Source: Octopus vulgaris
Lineage: Eukaryota
NCBI GenBank assembly: GCA_951406725.2
Contig: OX597830.1
Location: forward strand, 2,604,001 to 2,668,000
Direction: 5' to 3'
Length of the DNA: 64,000 nucleotides
The translations under genes and the position numbers were made by a program. The notes under the pieces were generated by a model, which saw only the letters and a list, made by a program, of their open reading frames with translations, ran no database searches and was not told the DNA's origin. Numbering within the stretch: the first letter of the stretch is position 1; each line of letters opens with the position of its first letter. This document shows, one piece after another, positions 24,956 to 38,766 of this stretch.

Positions 24956-25540
24956 GTATGTATGTATACATAAATATATATCTGTAAATAATCAGATGTA
25001 TGTGTGCAGCTCTACATCCACACTGATAAGCTACAAAACCTCTCCCTTTCCCTTCCCTGTCTCCACCACTCGGCACCACATATGTTAGACTTTCGTTTGA
25101 GGCAGCTGCTATGCCATAACATTTTAATTCACTTACAACTTAAAAGTAAAATTTTTAAAAAATAACAACAACAGCAATAAAATCATTATTTCAATTAAAC
25201 AATTTAAGAAATAAAGCTATCAAAATGGTAAAAAAAACCCACAAAAATAGCCAAAAAGAAACGATAAATTTGCATCAAAGCTTCTAATAGTGCAAAAATA
25301 TGATAGTTGGCTGGTAAGACTTGACAGCTGATCATTGAATTATTTCTTAATTGTTCTGATGTCTGCAAGAGGTGAAAAGGGAAGTGGCAGTGGAGGTAGT
25401 GGTGGGAGTGGTGGAACTGATGATGGTGGGAGCATGTAGGCGGAGGGGTGGTATCAATGCTACATGTTATGGCTTTTTGCTGTTGTTGTTATTTCACATT
25501 TCTTAGAATTGGTTTTTGTCAAACTCATACAACTGATGGC

Positions 25541-25593
<53 letters not shown>

Positions 25594-26463
25594 TAATTAA
25601 TAAAATTTATTATGGTTTCTTGCATTAAAATCATAAATGATAATAAGTAACCAGACAAATAAACTGATAAAGCATATGTAGAATAAGAAATTAAAATTTG
25701 TGAGTCTAAAGAAATTTTTGCCAAAATATAAACCTCTTCTTGCCAAAAGGTTTTCTCATAACCGAGTGTCTGTATGCATATACGTATATGTGTGTATTTG
25801 TCTGAGTAGATGTGTTTGCATGTGTGTGTGTGTGTATGTCTCTGTATGTGTGTGTGCTTGTGTGTATGTATATACACACCTGTATACACAGTGCTTGTCT
25901 TGGACACTAAAACAATTGTCAGTGTCTTTGCTTGAATCCCATTTATTGATGTCTCACAATATATTTCCAGTGCACAGAAATATCACTTCTCGAGACAGAA
26001 CACTTTATGCCATTTATTCTATTTTCTGGTATTTTTCTGACAACCCCAACAATCTGTGCAGGTGCTGATGCCTCGCTTTTCTGTTTGATATAATCCCTTA
26101 TATGCATGGCTAACCATTAGTCTCTCACAAGAAAGAACCTTGCCCAGGTCTGTATGGTGAATAGGAAATTAACAAGGGCTTAAGCACAAGGTGAGCCATA
26201 ACCAGATGAGGTCTTTGAATGGAAACAACATTTCCATTCCTATAATTTCATTAAATGATAAATAATTAAAACAAACTCTGAAAATGTTAAGTTTTGAATC
26301 ACTTTTCGATTTTTTTTCTTTTTTTTTTGTTTTTCACAAAAATTCTTCTCGGATCATTTAACACTTTTTTTACAATCGGACAAATTTATATTATTTAATC
26401 TCACCTGAAGCAAGGTTCGATATCCTCACTAATTTCAGCAGTGATGTGAATTCTGAGGTTTAA

Positions 26464-26673
26464 CCCTTTCGTAACCATATTTCTGTTGAGGTGCTCAATT
26501 AATTTTAAATATAACAAAGAATTTAGTAAAATAACTTAGTTATCATTCAGCTAGTATTAAGAACATAAATTGTGACCAAGATTTGGAGGAAGATTTCAAT
26601 TCAAAACTTACGAAAACAAGATATTTGTACCAGAGAGCCAGAGGCGGTTTCAGGCAAGTTGGTATCAAAAGCG
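26464..26673. mobile_element. piggyBac-like MITE
   Basis: TTAA at 26460-26463 and 26674-26677; imperfect TIR ccctttcgtaacca / tggtatcaaaagcg. Confidence 0.7.
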
Positions 26674-27612
26674 TTAAGGGAACACGAGGTGAGCCATAAC
26701 CAGAAGACTGTCATCATTTAGAATAACCATTATTCCATGAGACATCTTTAGAATTTGAGACAAAGTTAGAATTTTTGACTGACAACACCATGTGGACATG
26801 TTAATACGAGAAAAACTGTTTCAGAATTAAAATGAAAATCTGAATATTTAGAGAAAGATTTCTTAATCTTCAAGTTGTATTTGTTTGGTTTAAGTGACTC
26901 TATCAAAGATCACCAGAGACGGAGAGATGAAAATGAACCGATTGCATCACAGTAACCATTTTTAGTAAAACTATAGATTATTGGATTATTAGCTCTTCAT
27001 GGTTATTGTTAAGCTTGTTTGGTTTGCTGCCTCAGTGGAAAGAATGTAAAGTCGATGTTGTGCTGATGACAAGATGTAAAATATTATCCAAGGGGCTTAA
27101 AACTGGAGCAGGGGAGTTGATTATTATTATTATGATGATGGTGGGATGGGGAGAATGATTAGAAGATTTGATTCAACTGTGAGATTTCATTTCTCACTAA
27201 AATTGATCATTGATAAACATGCACATACATGTGCACACACACACAAACAAAAATATATTTATGCATGGATATAAATGTGTGTGTAAGTGTGTGCTGACAT
27301 GTGTGTGTGTGCATGTGTGTGTGTGTATATATATATGTATATATATATATATATATATACATGTCTTCTTTTATTCTTTTACTTGTTTCAGTCATTTGAC
27401 TGCAGCCATGCTGGAGCACTGCCTTTAGTTGAACAAATCAACCCCAGGACTTATTCTATTGGTCTTTTTCACTGAAACGCTCAAGTTACAGGGACATAAA
27501 TATGCCAACATTGGTTGTCAAGTGTGTGGGGGGAACAAACACATACACAAATACATATATATATATATTATATATATATATATATATAGATAGATAGATA
27601 GATATGCACATA

Positions 27613-27774
27613 GGTGCAGGAGTGGCTGTGTGGTAAGTAGCTTGCTAACCAACCACATGGTTCCGGGTTCAGTCCCACTGTGTGGCATCTTGGGCAAGTG
27701 TCTTCTGCTATAGCCCCAGGCCGACCAATGCCTTGTGAGTGGATTTGGTAGACAGAAACTGGAAGAAGCCTGTC

Positions 27775-27809
<35 letters not shown>

Positions 27810-28016
27810 GGTGTGTGTGTGTGTGTTTGGATGTCTATGTTTGTCCCCGATGCTGGTGTGTTTACGTCCCCGTCACTTAGCGGTTCAGCAAAAGAGACCA
27901 ATAGAATAAGTACTGGGCTTACAAAGAATAAGTCCTGGGGTCAATTTGCTCGACTAAAGGCGGTGCTTCAGCATGGCCGCAGTCAATTGACTGAAACAAG
28001 TAAAAGAGTAAAGAGT
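27613..28016 (+). mobile_element. SINE family A, full length
   Basis: tRNA-like head (tggctgtgtggtaagtagc; gggttcagtccc), internal (TA)/(TG) tract, tail gactgaaacaagtaaaagag. Confidence 0.9.
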
Positions 28017-28104
28017 ATATACATACATATATGTACATACAAATGCATATATATATTTATTATATAATTTGATTGAATGCCACACATCCTCTTCCAAATA
28101 AGTT

Positions 28105-28164
<60 letters not shown>

Positions 28165-28482
28165 GCTTCTTTCAGTTTTCATCTACCAAATGCACTCATA
28201 GGTTTTGGTTGGCCTAAAGTTATAGTAGAAGACACTTGCCTAAGGTGCCACGCAGTGGGACTGAACCTGGAAACATTTGGTTGGGAATCAAGCTTCTTGC
28301 CACACAGCCACTCATTTATTATTATTATTTGATGTATGCAGTTTACCAATGTTGTGTGGTGTGAGGACCAGTGGTTTTATGTGTTTCAGTTTGCAAGACA
28401 GTGTGTCAGGGAAAATTGTGATGTTGTGGGAGAGAAGTGCATTCACATGCATGATGGTTTGTCTGCGGTTAGTGACCCTCAT

Positions 28483-28726
28483 GTAGTGGTTAAGAGCACG
28501 GGCTACTAACCCCAAGATTCTGAGTTCGATTCCAGGTATTGACCTGAATAATAATGATAATAATAAAATAACAACAACATTGAAAAATACCTTAGGAATG
28601 AGAACCCAGGTTTGAAATTTCCCCAAGACACATGATGAAGGCTGGAGGGTATATCAGCCGAAACATTGTGTTAAAAACAAACAAGACGAGGACAAATATC
28701 CGTCAAATGTAAATAATGTAAATAAT
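28483..28726 (+). mobile_element. tRNA-headed SINE-like element with hammerhead-like 3' module
   Basis: A box tagtggttaagagc; anticodon-like arm ggg-ctactaa-ccc; B box gagttcgattcc; HHR-like 28627-28672; a second copy of the downstream tail at ~60415-60505 (-). Confidence 0.7.
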
Positions 28727-28955
28727 GAGTATAGCAATGAATTTACTGTACTGTTCACCTTGGCTCAGTCCTCAGCACCCTCTTGTTCATTATAATCATC
28801 CAGGCAATAACAGAACAATTTAAGTCAGCCTGCCTCTGGGAACATCTCTATGTTGATAACATTGTTCTTATAAACAATTACAGCGTGGAAGGTGTTTATA
28901 AGCCATTTAAGAAACACACAAAAGCCGTTCGATTCACTCCAACATTTAAGTTTAA

Positions 28956-29005
28956 TTTGTCAAAATATTTTCGTCGCTAAAATCCGCGACCTGTTCACTG
29001 ACAAA
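28956..29005 (-). ncRNA. Minimal type I hammerhead with G3:C8 core variant (GUGAACA)
   Basis: tttgtca-GTGAACA-g-gtcgc-ggatttta-gcgac-GAAA-ATAT-TT-tgacaaa; perfect stems I (7 bp) and II (5 bp). Confidence 0.75.
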
Positions 29006-29019
29006 GTCCGTGCTGCATC

Positions 29020-29069
29020 TCTGTCAGTGAACAGGTCGCGGATTTTAGCAACGAAAATATTTTGACAAA
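29020..29069 (+). ncRNA. Second copy of the G3:C8 hammerhead variant (one mismatch each in stems I and II)
   Basis: tctgtca-GTGAACA-g-gtcgc-ggatttta-gcaac-GAAA-ATAT-TT-tgacaaa. Confidence 0.65.
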
Positions 29070-29607
29070 TTAAACTTAAATGTTGGAGTGAATCGAACGG
29101 CTTTTGTGTGTTTCTTAAATGGCTTATAAACACCTTCCACGCTGTAATTGTTTTCGTTTCAGCACACGATCTCAGATCAAATTACTTGCTATGCGAGTAC
29201 ATCTCCGTAATTGTTCTTATAGCTGAATCACAACCAGAACTGAAGAAAAAATTTCAGGAGTGGAAGCAAGTTCTGAAATCAAAGGGCCTTAGAGTTCATT
29301 TAGTAAAAACCAAAGTTAGTAGGAAAGCAGACAAATCACAAATCCCTTCAGGTAGATGGCCCTGCTTGATATACCAAAAGGGTGTAGGTAGAAACTCCAT
29401 AAGATGTACCTGGTGTAAGCTACAGATACATAAAAGGAAGGTTAACAGGGTAGTCTTTGTGTGTGGCAGATGCACAGGTATGATAAACACTAGAAATAAA
29501 CAGAAAATAGACTCCATCAAATGCTAGGCAGGGTATTGAGCAGTTGATAGCTTTCATTATCTAAAGTGACCAAGTAAGCAGTGAACATGGATGCTCCAAG
29601 CGTACCC

Positions 29608-30220
29608 ATTGGCAAACTTCTTCTTTTCCACTTCGCCCTTGGCTATGTATACCTGCCGCCCAGCCTCCCTTTTGGGTACCTGGTGCCGTTCCCTGCTACC
29701 CCTACTCTTCCATGCTTTCCAGGCCTGTTTCTTTGCTCTAATGGCTTTGTCTACTGTACTATTCCACCACCACGTAACTCTAGGTCTGGAAGGGACTTTG
29801 CACCATCCACAAACTTGGTCTGTGGCACTCAGCAAGCTGTCCCATAGGAATTTCCAGCTACCTTCTATATCCAACGTCTGTAGCTCCTCCTCCCTCTCAT
29901 CAAATTTATTGATGAGGATGTCCGTAAATCTCTGACCATGTGAAGGGTTCTTTAGCTTCCAAATCCTTCTTTTCTGGATTAGCCTGCTTCTTGGTATCCT
30001 TCTGGCCTCAAGCCTAAAGTCACTAATGACTAGCCTATTGTGGAGGGTACATTCTTCACTCAGGAGGGACTTTGTATTTAAGAGCAACCTTGCGTCCCAC
30101 TGTCTGGTGAGGATGAAATCAATCAGGTTAGCAGAGTCCCCTGATTGATAGGTTATAATGTGGCAGTCTGGCTTCTTGAAGTTAGTGTTGCAGATTAAAA
30201 GGTTACATGTATCATAGAAC
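29608..30220 (-). mobile_element. RTE LINE fragment (end of APE endonuclease + linker)
   Basis: CNTNFKK..ITYQSG..IDFIL..HNRLVISDF; TWWWN; 29608-29936 closely matches 13793-14118. Confidence 0.85.
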
Positions 30221-30221
30221 A

Positions 30222-30272
<51 letters not shown>

Positions 30273-30879
30273 GGGGGGGAGGGGAGAGAGAATCCTTGTA
30301 TATTTCATCTTCTGTCATTTATTTGCCATATATATAAATGTTTATTTCTGTGTTCCTTTCTGTTAGGCTCGAAAGACTTGCCTTCATTTTATATATTATA
30401 TCATATATATATAGAAAAGAGGGGGGGGGGGGGAGGAGAATCCGTATATTTCATCTTCTGTCATTTATTTGCCATATATATAAATGTTTATTTCTGTGTT
30501 CCTTTCTGTTAGGCTCGAAAGACTTTCTCATTTTCTGAGCATTAAACTAATACATCTGTTTGTTGTTTACACACCCGTCTTCATCTTTTGCTTTTTTTTG
30601 TAAATTCTCACTATATATATATATATATACATATATACATACATCACCATCTCCATACTGTGGTCTCTCTCTCTCTCTCTCTCTCTCTCCCCTGCATTTC
30701 CTTCAGTTTTGGCAACCATGTATTTTCTTTGTGGTAGCACACCAGTTTCTGTCTTCATTTCTAGTCTTTCTCTCTCTGGCCGGGTAACCTTGTGCTTCCT
30801 CTTCAGCAAGGCACCTATATCTGTCTCACTATAACCTTTTCATCATCATCTCTTCCAATGCCTCCTTCCTGCTTAAAAG

Positions 30880-31200
30880 TTTTTGTCTTGCAAGTACTTG
30901 GTCACCCTCTCAGTGCAGGTGCCACTTAAAAGCATCCAGTCCACACTGTAAAGTGGTTTGGTGTTCAGAAGGGCATCCAGCTGTAAAATCCTTGTCAAAA
31001 CTAACTTCACCTGTGCTTGTGTCATGTAAAAAGCACTAAGTCCTCTCTGCTGAGTGGTTGGTGTTAGGAAGGGCATCCAGCTGTAAAAATCCTGACAAAA
31101 CAGTCACAGAAGTCTGGCACAGGCTTCGGCCTGGCCAGCTCTTGTGGTACTGTCTTACTCATGCTAGCATGGAACACTAACATTAAATGATAATGATGAT
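30880..31200 (+). mobile_element. RTE-type 3' end fragment with duplicated gttaggaagggcatccagctgtaaaa module
   Basis: Similarity to RTE 3'UTR; (GAT)n-like end. Confidence 0.6.
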
Positions 31201-31270
31201 ATAAGTATATTATTCTTCAACAAGAATGTTATTTATAGAGACTTCAACATTTTGGTGAATTAAGCCACTG

Positions 31271-31342
<72 letters not shown>

Positions 31343-31814
31343 CATACATCCCTATATATTTATGCATACATCCATATATATAAATATATATATATTGTAC
31401 ACACACATACGTATGCATACACACACTCACACAAATATACAAATCCATACATACAAAGCATTATAGTAATATATATTGTCATATATATATATATCTAAAC
31501 AAGTGAGCTTTTAAATGTCTGATTTAACCATTCTTATCCCTTTACTGATGTTATAATAACATTGTCGGTGATAATGTTGTTTCCATTTCATCAAGAATTA
31601 TTCAACCCAAACATATAAACTGAAGGAATAATCCTTTAATCAAAGATTTACATTAACTCTATCAATAATGTTTTGCAAACTTTTGTCCAAGAATTGTCTG
31701 CTTGAATTCTTAAGTAAATATAGCCAAACTGTAGTTCCTTGTGACAACATCAGATCTGCAAGCACCAAGGGACCTGGCTAAAGTTATATTTAAACTTCAA
31801 TTTATCATTTATCT

Positions 31815-32196
31815 TTTGTCTTTTACTTGTTTCAGTCATTAGACTACGGCCAAGCTGGGGCACTGTCTGGAAGGGGTTATAGCCAAATGAATTGAACCCA
31901 GGATGTTTTTTCTTTAAGCCTGGTACTGATTTTATTGGTCTTTATGCCAAACTGTTGATTTACAGGGTTAGAAACTAACCAACATTGGTTGTCAAGGGGT
32001 GGTGGGGACAAGCACACACACACACACATACATATATATAACAGGCTTCTTTCAGTTTCCTTCTACCAAATCCACTTGTCAGGCTTTGGTCGGCCTAAAG
32101 CTGTAGTGGAAGACACTTTCCCAAGGTGTCAAGCAGTGGGACTGAACCAGAACTCTGTGGTTGGGAAGCAAACTTCTTACCACACAGCTGCACTTC
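31815..32196 (-). mobile_element. SINE family A
   Basis: Reverse complement of the family-A sequence. Confidence 0.8.
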
Positions 32197-32457
32197 CATA
32201 ATGTTTATTATGGAAGAATTTTAGATCTACAAAAAGTAAAATTTACATCTATTGTAAATTAGGCAATCTAGGAATATGGTAGCTCATCACAGACATGGCA
32301 TCTGTGCGGCAAAAGATCTGTTTCCCCAAGATGTGGTTTCTGATTCAGTCCCATTTTTGGCCAAACGCCTTTTATTATAGAATTGAATCAACTAAAACGT
32401 TGTGAATGGAATGGTAAACAGAAACTGAAGGAAGCCCATTGTATACATGTACTTATA

Positions 32458-32488
<31 letters not shown>

Positions 32489-32708
32489 ATTGACATTACA
32501 TGACAGTTGTGAAGGAGTATCACCATCATATATGCATCATCATATATCACCATCATCATCTGTGATCTTCTGAAGCAACCTGTCTAGTCATAAGAGAATG
32601 TTACTTGGAAACAGGCAATGGTCAGTGAGAGGAAGAGCATTCAGCTGGGGAAACTCTGCCTCAACAATTTCCATCTCACCCACGCAAACATGGAAAGTGG
32701 AAGTTAAA

Positions 32709-32745
<37 letters not shown>

Positions 32746-35381
32746 GGAGGAGGAGGAGGAGGAGGAGGAGGAGGCATTTCAAATGCAAAGAACCACAAAC
32801 CAGGAATATTTTCTTCAATTTGGATGACAAACAGATAAATTACTAGAAATTGTAGAATGAAATAAATATTAGATATGGAATAGATATTAGAATGATATTG
32901 ATATTAGACTAGACACAAGATATTACAAATAATATTTTATTAACAGTAAATGAATATGAGGCAGTAAAATATGGCTGTTTGTGTGGGACATACCCATGAC
33001 ACTGTTTCAATTTCTGGTTGTAACTTTTGGTGCAGTTGCCTAGCTTCAGGACAATTTTAAATAGTCAGAGAAATGGAATTGGCAGAAGGCTGGTGATCTC
33101 ATTAAAGAAATATCTGACCACCTCACCTTCAAGGATACCATTTACTGCTGTAGCACAGAGTTGAAGAAACTATAGAACACCAACTGAGATATTCTCTAGG
33201 ACTTGAAATGTTCACAGTTCTATGAACTGTGAAATGGATTCTATAAGAAGAGAGCTCATTCTGTAGATCTAGTAACAGCCATTCCAGCTGTGACTATCAT
33301 GTCTTCTAATTCAGACATTTACAATTACATTCTGCAATGTATTCGTCTAGTATGGTGTGATTAGCTGCTATTTCTAACACATTTTGTGCCTTCATGAAAG
33401 TACCTCGTTGTCTTCAGCCAGAACTGTACCCTTTTAGCAGCTCTTGGATTTTTGATATGGACATCTTATTTTAAAGGATTCTAAGTTAAAGTATTCCATC
33501 ACAATTTCCAAATCCCAACTTAATCATGACAAAGTTATTCCCTAAATTCTTCGTTATATTCAAAACTAATAGAAACCTGAAAAGCTGAATGGTTAGTGTT
33601 ACATGCTGTTCTAATTCTCTAAAGAATGACAGAACTGTCACCAATCTTTTTTCATTCCTTTCCCCTGAAGTCTGAGACTCTTGTAATGTAATATACCAAT
33701 ATTTGATGAGCTATGACAGAGCGTTTATGTTGAAGTTTGAGCTGTTAGAAACAGCAGCCAAATCTTTCTGAACTCAATCACTGCTGCCTTAGGTAAAGAA
33801 AGAACATATTAGATAATGCAGTCCTACATACCTCTAAATAGATGGAATGGTCACGTTTGGCATGTTACTGATCATATGTCTACTTAGCTAGGACCAGCCA
33901 AGGGTTAAAAACCAATGATGACAATATATAATCAAATTTATTTTATAAACACATGGTTTCCTGAGAAACAGTGAGAAGCTGTCTCATTTTTGTCATCATA
34001 ATTGATAACAATTTCCTAGAATTTACATCCAAAGCCAGACTTTCTAGAATAATTGAATTTTGCCTAAATTCCCTGTCTGTGCCAAGAAACATTTCTGTAT
34101 ATTTACTTAGTAATTTTATTGCTAGTTCTACACAGAGTACACTTCCCCTAAAGAGATCTAATAAGTATGAAACCAGTTTTGAATGATCACCCATACTTAC
34201 TGGAATATAAATAATGTTTACCAATAATGTTGTTTATGAAAGAATATTATTTGTTATTTACCATGTGTGTGGTTTTAGTTAAGTTATAAGAATGTGATGT
34301 AGCTTTGCAACCTTATCCTGTATGAGGGAATTCATTTTGATATGAATGGTGAAACCAAAAAATTAAGAAAGAAAGACAGTTTTACAATGGTTTGACTGAA
34401 ATTATCCATGAAGTGGCTGCTGGGAAATTACATCATATGATTTCATTCAGGAAATGACTGACATTAGGTCACATGACTTGAGACGGGAAATGGCTGTGAT
34501 ATTAAATCAGATACTATTAACCTACATTTACTACTTCAGAATCATATTAATCTCATTTTAAGTCCAGTTCCAACCAGTTTTACATATCAGTCTGGAGTTA
34601 ATGGATGGAGTACCAGTGGTATGCAAAATCCAAACTAGCCAGTCCCACCTTTATTTTTTTTGTCATAAAATTTATTCCCTTAGATAGAAAACAGAAATTC
34701 AGGTCTTATTTTTGTCTGCATCTTCCCCTGTCTAACCTTGTTCCACAACTTTTTACCGTTTCAATAAGTTATTGCATTTTGATTTTGTATTCCAAAAATT
34801 GCAGATTCGTTTTGGTTGACCCTGAATCTCATTGGAATCAAGACTTACCCCTAAAAGTCAATTATTGAAGGATCTATATGATTTAAAATTTGAGGACGTT
34901 GTTTCTGCCAGAATATTACCAAAGACAGATACTGAGAAAAGACTGTAACAAATGGAACATTTTATCAGATTTGTTTGTCAGAAGAACATGGAAACAGAAT
35001 GTTAATGGGTTTATGTATATGAAAATCATGATTCTTAAGTATGTACAGTCTTTTATTGGTAACCAATGAAGTCAGACTAAATATTGAAGATAAACTTCTG
35101 CTTAGAGCAAAAATAAAATGAATTTGACAAAATCATTTGATTATTCATTTCATTTTTTCCTTGATATGGAAGTAAATCATTTATTTTCGCAAAACTTATT
35201 CCAGTCAATTTCCACCAAATCTATATCTTCAAGGATTTCCTTAGGGTCTCGGCTAAGTAATTGTTGACAAGCCAACATAGAATACAAACCATTGAAGACA
35301 TTATAGTTCCTGCTCTCTACATCAACAAGCAATGAAGACCAAAAATTTAATATGATTTTCTCCACACACACACACACACAT

Positions 35382-35451
<70 letters not shown>

Positions 35452-35675
35452 ATGCACACTCCAATATTTGCTCACATGTTCATATATTCAAATACACATG
35501 TGTACACAATATTCCATACATACTGTGTGTGTGTGTGTGTAAGTGAATATATATATATATATATATACATACATATATAATATAATCGAATTCATGCATA
35601 CATTTATAAATATATATATATATATATAATATAATACACTATAATATTATATATCTATCTATCTCTATCTGTCTG

Positions 35676-35801
<126 letters not shown>

Positions 35802-35999
35802 TGGGGTGGGTGGCATGGTAGAGAAAACATTCCTGTATAGAAGTTTTCAACATTTACCTGATGTATATAAGCAACAAATGTTGGAAACTGGAAGACTTAT
35901 ACAGAAGGTATGAGAGGCATTAGGGGAGATATTTGGTAACTTAATAAAGCAACTTTAATCAAGAAAAAGCAAAATCTATTTTAATAAAAATTGATGCAC

Positions 36000-36850
36000 A
36001 ATTTTTCAGTAAGCTTTCTTACAAGACGTTTTGATGAATTGACCATCAGCTTCAAATGCTTGATTCAATGTAAGATGGGAATTATTGATGTGTATGCCTT
36101 CACTAAATTATCTTCATTCATTTCGGACATCACCTGAAGAATGGTGGTCTTCAGAAAAGATATGGCATTATGAAGATGTTGATTGGTCTCCTTCTCTTTC
36201 AAGTCTGGCATATAAATGTCCTGTAGGGACACCGTATTTTGTAATGCAACCATAATATGCTACAAAGTGTAGATTATGGTGAATTCATAGAAAAATCTTC
36301 TAAGTAAGCTTATTGAGAACTGTGCACCAATTTTTATTAAAAGATATTTCGTTTTGGCTCAATTAAAGCTGTTTTATTAAATTTCCAAATCTCTCTCACA
36401 CTTTCTAGACACTCATTAACAATTTTTCCCCTTCGATCTTATTGTTGTTTATTTCAGGCATCTTGGATACAAAGTGTTGTGACCAAATCAGTTCTGGTTA
36501 TAACTTCAAGGGCAAATCTGTTGAGAGACCTCAACAAGTCTGGCAAGATTGGTGGCCACATACTTGGTGTCATATGATTGTAATGGTTGTCTGACATCCG
36601 TTCTTGGGTTACACAGGATTTGTGAGAAGAAGGTGATGAGTATTGTTGAGACACATACGACTTCGCTCAGCATATTTCATCCATCCAGAGCTTGAGAACA
36701 ATCTCCATCATCACAACAGATCCAGCAGCATCAATTGTAATTCCTCATGTAAAGATGTGAGTGGCATGAGACAACCTTCATTGATCACCATTCCTAAAAC
36801 TATCAGAGTTGCTGGAAATTTAGTGAGCAACCTCAGAAGGCAACCTGCAC
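36000..36850 (-). pseudogene. Degenerate Tc1/mariner (maT-like) transposase relics
   Basis: TKFPATLIVLGMVINEG; SHKSCVTQERMSDNHYNHMTPSMWPPILPDL; C-terminal piece LKTTILQVMSEMNEDNLVKA; parallels the 44054-44560 copy. Confidence 0.6.
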
Positions 36851-37629
36851 AAAAGGCCATCTCTCATTTCTCCTTTCAGTTGTTTGTGGTTGTCTGAAGT
36901 TTTTCAATCAAAGCATTGCTGTGTTTGTTTATGTATATACAAAATTATACGCATACTATACATTGCATATGTATATGCAATTTCATCATCATCCAACATC
37001 TGTTGTCCATGCTGGCATGGGTTGGGCGGTGTCACTGGGCCGGCATGGTTTTCGACAGCTGGATGCCCTTCCTAACACCAATCACTTTATATACAATATA
37101 TATGTGTCTGTATACACACACACACACATATATATATAATGTGTGCCTGTGTACATAATACATGCACACATATATTTGGATTGAGAGTTAATTCTCAGAG
37201 ATTGTACAGTTTCGGCCTCACACTGTGCAAAGGACTCGACATAACTTACTCTATAATATATTATATAACAGTTACAGCCTTCATGCTATAAGAGTTAATC
37301 TTTCCTTCTATGAAATGGGGAGGTTGTCAAGTATCCATACACACACACACACACACACATACAAATGTGTATTTCGTTCCCTATAAATTATATTAATTAA
37401 TTTCTCATAGTAAAAAAAATAAAAGTATAAAAAAAGAGTAAACAAATCAAAAAGTTGACAGATAATTCAACAATGAAGAGAGTAGCCATGTTCTTTTCCT
37501 TCCATCATTTGTGTAAGAAATAACTATTGTCCCATTATCTGCAGAGATTTAATTAACAGAATTTCACACACTGCAAAGTGATTAGGAGTGTAATTACAAG
37601 GAATTTTACATATTTGCTGACAAAACATA

Positions 37630-37664
<35 letters not shown>

Positions 37665-38152
37665 ATACATACAGGCATATATATGTGTCTGTATGTATCA
37701 ACATCATCACCATCACCATAGTCATCATCATCATTGTCAGCATCACCACAATCATCATCATCTTCAGCGCATCATTATGCTTTAACATGTGTTTTGTCCT
37801 AGAGTGGGTCGGTTGGACAGGATTTGATGAGCCCAAGTGCCACATCATATTCTTGCTTCTACAACAAGGTGCACTTCCAAATGTTGACCCCCTTGACAGT
37901 ATTCTACGTACCCCCAACACTGGTGAGGTCACCATGTAGCTCACAAGACTACAAAACTCCTAGGGAAGGGATGGGATTTTTGTGAGGAGATGAGGGGTTA
38001 AAATATGAAAGAAGAGAGAGAAGGGCAAGTAGGTTCTTGTAGAAGAGACATAAGGTGAGTGACATTCAGAGGAGAGAAGGACAAAGAGAATGATCAAGAG
38101 AAACTGGAAGGCCAGGTGGCTCTTTCAGATTCAAGGTAAGTTGAGACATAGT

Positions 38153-38203
<51 letters not shown>

Positions 38204-38257
38204 CATCATCACCATCATATATATATATATATATATACACACTCATACACACGCTCA

Positions 38258-38299
<42 letters not shown>

Positions 38300-38718
38300 C
38301 AGCCCATTTAAGAGTATATATGTGTATGAGTACATACATACATACACATATGTTTGTGTTTTTATGTGCATGTACATATACATGCTTGTGTGTGTGTGTG
38401 TACGTATATAGATGTTGTGAATGCAGGAGGTTTTATGTCTCTGTATTGAGAGAATATGGTTGCATGTATTTTCTATCTTTTTTCCCTTTCCTCTTTTTTT
38501 CCACCTATCAGAGTAACTTGCCTTTTATTCAACGTCTTTTCACAGTGTCTGTTGTGACTAATAGTCAACAAGAATGCATTGTAGCTCTTTGCTCCAACAT
38601 TCGAAACTCCGAGTACTATAATGACAACCTTTTACTGTTTGTTCTAAATTATAACATATACATACATATACATGTATATTTTTATATATATTACATATGT
38701 ATGCATCATGTACATCAT

Positions 38719-38766
<48 letters not shown>

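Larger units (their letters stand above)
28872..29209 (+). mobile_element. Palindromic HHR-bearing mini-element (134-bp inverted arms + 56-bp tail) with 12-bp target-site duplication
   Basis: Arms 28872-29005/29020-29153; TSD attgttcttata at 28861-28872 and 29210-29221; removing it restores the RTE reading frame. Confidence 0.9.
28750..29580 (+). mobile_element. RTE LINE RT fragment, degenerate, interrupted by a mini-element
   Basis: GSVLS.LLFII..LYVDNIVLI|AES..LRVHLVKTKV..WPC..CTWC..H..CGRC. Confidence 0.8.

Noticed and set aside
28483-28540. tRNA gene
   Set aside because: No complete acceptor stem; it behaves as a SINE head
28872-29153. Classical DNA-transposon MITE
   Set aside because: The TSD encloses an extra asymmetric tail and the arms are hammerhead motifs, which fits PLE-type retrotransposition better
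37200-37255. Minus-strand ..aggccGAAACtgta hammerhead-like remnant
   Set aside because: Core and stems too degenerate to support
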